From: Octopus sinensis
Taxonomy: Eukaryota
Reading direction: 5' to 3'
DNA length: 55,917 nt
NCBI RefSeq assembly: GCF_006345805.1
Contig: NW_021834010.1
Location: forward strand, 1-55,917
The position numbers and the translations under genes are program-made. Position 1 is the first letter of the stretch, and the number at the start of each line of letters is the position of its first letter. This document shows, one piece after another, positions 48,881 to 55,917 of this stretch. The notes beneath the pieces are model-generated. The model did no database searches, had not been told where the DNA came from, and saw only the letters and a program-made list of their open reading frames with translations.

Positions 48881-50199
48881 AAAAGGAAAACAAGGCGATG
48901 TTCCGGCAAAACTGTTAGGACGTCGGACAAAAGGGACCCACTTTGCCTTCATCTTTTCGAGGTCGATGAAATAAGCACCAGTTGAGCACTGGAATCGATG
49001 TAATTCACTAGCTTCCTCCCCTTCCCGTCAAAATAAGGACTGTTTTTCCCTCAAAAGAAGGCAACAAGATGGCTGAATCATTAGCACGTCAGACAAATAA
49101 CGCTTAGCGGCATTTCGTTCGTCTTTATTTTCTGAGTTCAAATTCCACCCGGGAGGACCTTGCATTTCATCCTTTGCTGAACCAAATTTATCCAGAAGTG
49201 CACTTGTCGGCTCCAGGATACTACTATAGAAAATACTTACCCAAGGCACCACGCTGTAGGACGAAAGCCATACTCATGTCGTTGGAAAATACGATTCTTT
49301 CTTTTATTAATCTTGCCATAAAGGCATTACACAGACTAAGGAAGCTTCTTACATGCTTCTTACCAAACAGCCAGGCCTGCTCCTATAGCCACGATTTTTC
49401 TTATTGTTGTTTACTTACTCATGAACCCCTAACAATGGCTGAAAGGAAAGTTTTTAAACACTGAGCTATGGCTGAAAATAATTAAATACGTATCTTACAA
49501 ATTATGCGCTCTTGTATACGTAAATTTGATATTTCTAGCGACAAAGATTTTTACTTTGGAAAATATTCAAATATTTCTGACAAGAATTAAATTATAAATT
49601 CTCTATTCAATGGCGATCCATTTAATATTTTGTTTTTCATAATTTTAACCATAGAGGTCAAACTAAAGAAACTGTAAACCAAATTTATTAATCGAATTTG
49701 GTCTTTGATATTCAAAATATCATTCGCAATTTTTTTATTTTAACTTCAACAAAAAGCGCTTTTATAAATTTATATAATTGTTCTGTTGAAAACAAAATAC
49801 TTCTCGTTAATACGTTCTTAGAAATTGTTTAAATGTTATTAAAAATTTACAAATTTGTCTGCTTCCTCCATAATAAATATACGTTTTATACTAAATAAAC
49901 AGCAATAAAAACAAAATATAATTAAAAATCATTATCGTAAATAATATATATGAAAAGTTTTTAAATTAATATACTTTAATACAGAATTATCAAAATTATT
50001 AGAAAACAATCTCATCATTCATCCACGACATATAATATATAAATTTTAGTAAATATATATTTACTTAAGTTTACTTACAAAGTTGTATTTATTATCAATA
50101 TATTTACTTTTATTTGTAAAGCATTCTTCATAATGATTTCTTAAATAAGCAACAGAGGTATCAGATTAGGCGGTCGGTGGGGAGGTCATTATTAATACA

Positions 50200-50532
50200 C
50201 TCTACAGTTAAATGTATATAACTTTTATTTACATAAAAATTGAATCAAGTGAATTACAAGGAAACAAAGGAAAAGGGAAAGGGATTAAGCAGAAGAAGAT
50301 GGTGGGGAAGAGGTTAATGCGTTGTAAACCCCAGGATGAATGGTATGTATTGGACATGGACACGATGGTATTGACGTGGACAATGCCCAGTGCCTGCAGC
50401 AGCCATCCCATCTTGCAGGACATTTTTTCAGAAGGGCTGCGGTTTTCTCGATTGGGTGGAGGAAATCGGCAGGGCAGGGGCCGAAGTCACCTGAGATCTC
50501 GACGGCCACAGACACAAATTGATAGCGGCACC
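50200..50532 (-). mobile_element. Decayed LINE C-terminal fragment, CRE-like restriction-like endonuclease region
   Basis: RYQFVSVAVEISGDFGPCPADFLHPIEK / GWLLQALGIVHVNTIVSM resembles F.PVAVET.G..GP....FL..IG...WL.QR.S.AI.RGN. Confidence 0.5.
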
Positions 50533-50660
50533 CCGCCGAGGTTGACTTTGCCTTTCATCCTTTCGGGGTCGATAAATAAAGTACCAGTTTTGACTTAATC
50601 CCCCTGTCTGTTCTTGTTTGTCCCCTCTATGTTTAGCCCCTTGTGGGTAGTAAAGAAATA
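50533..50660 (+). mobile_element. 5'-truncated SINE family B (B1 tail) with an internal deletion
   Basis: ccgccgaggttgactttgcc...gtgggtagtaaagaaata. Confidence 0.88.
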
Positions 50661-50954
50661 TATATTTGTTTATTTTTTCTCTTCACTGCGCAACGTGCTT
50701 GCGACCGATGTTGCAAGGTTCGAACCGGGGAACGTGTCACTATGTGTCTTTTCCCAGATTAGGAATCTGCCTCCCACGTATAGGAATTTGTGCAGTGGTT
50801 CACATCAAGGATCAGGAGAAAGAGGAAAGAAGGTCAAATGAGATAAGTGTACACATAGTATAAAACGTATACAGGAGACCCTCCATTCAGAACCAATCAA
50901 GGAATCCCACAGAAGCCTTGTGAGTGGATTTAGTAGACGGAAACTGAAAGAAGC

Positions 50955-51112
50955 GGTACTTTTGGGAGCTGTACTTTTGTGATCCTTTCTAACAATTCGA
51001 TGGTCCCTATCTGAAAGCTTTGGTTTTCTTCCGGAGTTTTATTTCGACGAGAAGGTTTTCCCTTCTTTCTCAAAGGCTGTCATTACTTTCGAGACAGTAC
51101 TCTTATATACTC
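50955..51112 (-). pseudogene. Tc1-like transposase N-terminal fragment
   Basis: STVSKVMTAFEKEGKTFSSK*NSGRKPKLSDRD / RIVRKDHKSTAPKV matches the Tc1 HTH, GRPR-like linker and second HTH. Confidence 0.7.
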
Positions 51113-51124
51113 GTATATCTTCAA

Positions 51125-51342
51125 GGGCCGCTTTTCCGGTTTCTATGCCGTATAAATTCCACACCTGAACCGGATGCCGGTCCGTCACAGGATTACACCT
51201 TTTTTGCCATCTGAGTGGACTGGATCCAGGTGAAATGAAGTGTTTTGCTCAAAAACATAATGCATCGCCCAGTCCAGGAATCGAAACCACAGTCTTACGA
51301 TCATGAGTCCAACACCCTAAACTACTGAGCCACGCGCCTCCA
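51125..51342 (-). mobile_element. SINE family D head with V-like tail
   Basis: Head tggaggcgcgtggctcagtag...; tail cctgtgacggaccggcatccggttcagg...atacggcatagaaaccggaaaagcggccc. Confidence 0.75.
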
Positions 51343-51643
51343 CATCACACAGATCTAGGATCACTCTGACCACCAAAGGCACGAGCCATCGCCAAACAGT
51401 TTTCCAATTCACATGCGCATGCTTCGAATCGCTTCAGTCATCCCAACCAGGTTTGCTACAATCAGATGTCACACAAACATTCGACCAATTTTTGCTTCAT
51501 GATTTTTCGTAATCTGCACTTTACCAATTTTCACGCGGTTATCAGTATAACTCTCATTTGGGTTTTTAAATGACATGTAACTTTTCTAATTCATTTTCTA
51601 ATATTACAGAGATACAGTGATTTAAAGACTATAATAGGCGTTA

Positions 51644-52030
51644 TGGGGAGGCGCAATGGCCCAGTGGTTAGGGCAGCGGACTCGCGGTCATAGGATCGCG
51701 GTTTCGATTCCCAGACCGGGCGTTGTGAGTGTTTATTGAGCGAAAACACCTAAAGCTCCACGAGGCTCCAGCAGGGATGGTCATGATCCCTGCTGTACTC
51801 TTTCACCACAACTTTCTCTCACTCTTACTTCCTGTTTCTGTTGTACCTGTATTTCAAAGGGCCGGACTTGTCACTCTCTGTGTCACGCTGAATATCCCCG
51901 AGAACTACGTTAAGGGTACACGTGTCTGTGAAGTGCTCAGCCACTTACACGTTAATTTCACGAGCAGGCTGTTCCGTTGATCGGATCAACCGGAACCCTC
52001 GTCGTCGTAACTGACGGAGTGCTTCCTCTC
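51644..52030 (+). mobile_element. SINE family C, full length
   Basis: Perfect 12-bp TSD taataggcgtta at 51632-51643 and 52031-52042. Confidence 0.95.
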
Positions 52031-52572
52031 TAATAGGCGTTACACACTTACCAACTTGATCCCGTTTCGCCCCATAAGTTTATTTCCGCAGTAAGAATCT
52101 TGAGGCAGTTTTCAGTATCATATTTCTTTCATTAACATCTTTTCAGAATACTTAGCTGTACAAACTCATTTCCAAAATTAATCGGAATATTTTCATTTAA
52201 ATACGATATCAAGTATTGTACTTCCTTGTACTTGTGGCGACATTCACCCTGGGCGGGTTGAGTCGGCTTCTTCCAGCACCCTCGAGGCATCTCAAATCAA
52301 TGTTCGCCATTGTATTCGCCATTGAGAATTCATGGAAGAAGTTTCGTGGGAATATGTGGATTTCAGAAGCGGTCCCCAACAATCCCGCATCTAAAGACAT
52401 GTAAAGACACTCCGAGGATTTTCACCGTCTGCCGGGTTGTGGCCCTAATACCACTCGGTGTCAGACCAATCAGCCTTGGGTGGCCCTACCAAGAACCGAA
52501 GTTCCCGACGGCATAGCTCTGACACTACCCGTTGCCAGCGTCCCCACACACGATGAGGAGGAGATGGACTTC

Positions 52573-52617
<45 letters not shown>

Positions 52618-52699
52618 ATATACATATAATAATATTAGGGAGTAAATCCAAACTTACAGGGAAAAATTAGATTTAGGATTAAATCTAATTTTATAGTAT

Positions 52700-53185
52700 A
52701 AATATATATATTAATTAGAGATAAAACCACTATTAGGCAAATCAAACAGTGAAAATCATAAACCAATGCATAGAAATAAATTAATTAATAAAAAATATAT
52801 AAAATATAAATTTCAAATTTAAAATATTTAAATTTAAAGTTAAAATTTAAAAAAATATTTAAATTAATAATTTATACTTATAAATTTATATATATATATA
52901 TAGATATATAGATATATATAATATATATATTATTATTATTTTTTTATATATATAACTATCAAAAAGAATTAAAAGTTTTATATATATATATATATAATTT
53001 ATAAGTAATAATTATTTTTAAATATTTTTTAAAGTTTTAACTTTAAATTTAAAATATTTTAAATTTTGAATTTTATATTTTATATATTTTTTATTAATTA
53101 ATTTTATTTCTATGTATTGGTTTATGATTTTCACTGTTGATTTGTCTAATAGTGGTTTTATCTCTAATTCAATATATATATATAT
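52700..53185. repeat. AT-rich inverted repeat, ~190-bp arms and ~90-bp spacer
   Basis: aattagagataaaaccactattag...cttataaatt recurs as reverse complement at 52995-53170. Confidence 0.9.
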
Positions 53186-53554
53186 ATATATATTGCTTCC
53201 TCTAAGATTTGATCATTTTCTCTCACCAAGTTTTTGTATTTTATTTGTCTTTGTTTTCTCTTCAGCACTAGTCTAGAAGCAGTTTTCGATAATAGATTTC
53301 TCTCGTTTAGATTTTTTAAGAATGATTCACTCTACTAAATTGTCTTGTAATGTAACAGGAATACAGTACCTCAAAGTCAATATAAAGTGTTGCTACTTTT
53401 CTCATTTTATCACTTCTTGTCTTCTGAAATTTCTTTTACGGCGCTAATTTTATAAAATAATTTACAGAAATATATTTCTTTCACAAACACCCAAATAAAC
53501 ATACTTCCTACGTACGAGGTGACAGCGCTGGGAAGTGAGGTGCACAAGTACAAA

Positions 53555-53779
53555 CTTGTTACCAGTTCAAATATTCTTGACGCATATTCGTTCTCGTAAG
53601 GAAGTCATTCATTATATTTTGCCATGGAGAAAATTGCTCGATGTAGATAAAGAGGCGTCAATAGGGCTGTGGTCTGAATCTATTTGTCTACACCGAGAAA
53701 TTTTCTTCATGACGAAATACAGTGAATGTCTTTCGTACGGGTTCGAACATGCCTCAAGCGTATTTGAACTGGTAACCAG
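53555..53779. repeat. 225-bp imperfect palindrome, MITE-like
   Basis: gttaccagttcaaata at one end and tatttgaactggtaac at the other; similarity continues ~100 bp inward. Confidence 0.8.
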
Positions 53780-54029
53780 TTCATTATTACTACATGTTTT
53801 CGAACACAGACAGAGATACATTATTTACATTTGACGGATATTTGTTTTCATTATCCTTTAACACAACATTTCCATTATAACCTTCGAACGAGGGAGGTCA
53901 GCCGCCCCTGGACATAGGTTCGTGTGTCATATAGCTAGCTAGAGGCGATGGCCTCTTGGAGCTAATCAACAGCAGCTTTCGTCCTACATTTATGGACTGC
54001 CATTTAGCTTGGCGATAACTATTAATACA

Positions 54030-54043
54030 TATATATATATGAA

Positions 54044-54111
<68 letters not shown>

Positions 54112-54276
54112 TCCGTTCAGTATTACGCGTTGAATAAAATTCCTCTTTCTACCTGTTCTATATATATATATATATATGGTATGTGTGTGTGTGTGTGGGT
54201 GTGTATCAAAACAATTGATTCAAATATATATATATATATATAGAATTATATATATAATATAGATATAGATATATAT

Positions 54277-54311
<35 letters not shown>

Positions 54312-54461
54312 TATATATATATAGATATATATATATATATATATATATATAGATCTATATAGATATATATATATATATAGATATATATATAGATATATGA
54401 TATATAGATAGTATATAAATATATATATATATAGATTATATATATTAGATATATAGATATT

Positions 54462-54508
<47 letters not shown>

Positions 54509-54985
54509 TATAGATAATATATAGATATATATAGATTATATATATATATATATATATAGATATATATAGCTATATATATATATAGAAGAATATATAGATA
54601 TAATATATAGATATATATTATATATAGATATATAATATATAGTATATAATATATATATATATAGATATATATATATAGATATATATATATAGATATAGTA
54701 GATATATATAGATATATATATATAGATATATATAGATATATATATATATAGATAGATAGTATAATATATAGAGATATATCGATATATATATATATATATA
54801 GCGATATAGATATATATATATCAGATATATATAGATATATTTATATATATAGATATATATATATAGATATAGATATATATATAGTATATATAGATATATA
54901 TAGATATATATATATATTATATATAGATATATATAGATATATATATAGATAGATAATATATAATAGATATATATATATAGATATG
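54030..54985. repeat. Degenerate (TA)n/(TAGA) tract
   Basis: Directly visible. Confidence 0.95.
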
Positions 54986-54999
54986 TAAATAATAGTAAT

Positions 55000-55219
55000 T
55001 ATAGGCTTCAAGCTTATAAGCAATCACCGTGTATCGACTAATGAAATGTGTCTAATATTGGAGCATATGAGCCCTCGATGGAAAAAAGTGGATTTGCATA
55101 TGCGTGGGACTCTAAATCACACCTCTAGAGAGGAATCGTGTTCCACGCTCATATGGTTCAGTATTGGTTTGTTTTCTTTAGTCAATACACGGTGATTGCC
55201 TATGAGCTTTAAGCTCATA
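55000..55219. repeat. 220-bp imperfect palindrome, MITE-like
   Basis: gcaatcaccgtgtat(c/t)gactaa and catatgagc occur in both arms in opposite orientation. Confidence 0.8.
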
Positions 55220-55365
55220 AAAAAATATTGTTATTTACGAAATTGTAAAAGTCGGCACCACTTATCAAAGCTTCGCATATACAAATTCACACGCACATAC
55301 ACACGCACACATACATATATACATACATATGTGTGATATATATTAAGGATGTGTTTGCATCGTGT

Positions 55366-55407
<42 letters not shown>

Positions 55408-55423
55408 ACACGTATGCAAACAC

Positions 55424-55917
55424 ATCCTTAAAATCCTTAAAAATGTTTTAGCCCAAGGCTGCGGCCATGCTGGGCACCACCGCTGAATGAGTTACACTAA
55501 TATGTGAATCCACCTCTCATACGGGCACTTAATCAACAAGGGAGTTCGATGCTGCTGCCGCATCTGCGTCTCCTGTCATGAGGTAGGTTCATCTGGGACT
55601 CCCGATAAGAAGAGATCCAGTTAGTTTTAAAGAAACCACCTCCACACCATGTAAGTCTCTCAGGCATTTAGGGAGGATGTTAAAGAGTGTGGTCCTCTGA
55701 ACCCAAGCTGTTGCAGTATCTGGACTGTATCTTGATGGTGATGTTGGAATATTTGGCACCATGCAGTGGCGCCCCGTTCTGCGGTTGGGGGTAAACTTTG
55801 AATGCCAAAGTTTGGGACAAGACCCTCCAGGATTTTCCAGATGTATATCACCGCATATCTCTCCCGCCTCCGCTCTAGGGAGAAGAGGTTTAATACTTTC
55901 AGTCTTTCCCAGTAGCT
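55424..55917 (-). mobile_element. CR1/L2-group LINE 3' end (runs off the window) with (TTTTAAGGA)2 tail
   Basis: SYWERLKVLNLFSLERRRERYAVIYIWKILEGLVPN followed by frameshifted remnants and a 3' UTR. Confidence 0.9.

Noticed and set aside
52209-52560. GC-richer island with three short overlapping ORFs
   Set aside because: No motif recognised in any frame; cannot distinguish TE UTR from exon.

Overview
AT-rich eukaryotic DNA, most likely octopus (inferred from the tRNA-derived SINE families and the extreme microsatellite load; not proven). No host protein-coding gene can be recognised with confidence, and nearly all long ORFs in the supplied track are microsatellite translations. The window is a mosaic of at least five SINE families (my neutral labels A-E), 3' fragments of LINEs (RTE x2, CR1/L2-like x2, R4/Dong-like, CRE-like, possible Penelope-like), decayed DNA transposons (mariner, Tc1, Chapaev3-like, Tigger-like and Merlin-like MITEs), fold-back palindromes and compound micro/minisatellites. 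The most interesting signals are: (1) a five-unit SINE-B multimer bounded by one 16-bp target-site duplication, whose unit variants recur in a different order in a second array 29 kb away; (2) a ~620-bp palindrome with a type I hammerhead-like motif in each arm, plus further hammerhead-like relics in (TA)n-flanked repeats; (3) SINE/LINE 3'-tail partnerships visible inside the window; (4) three retroposon insertions stacked within ~30 bp of a mariner terminal repeat. All alignments were done by eye, so boundaries are approximate unless a TSD or TIR is quoted.
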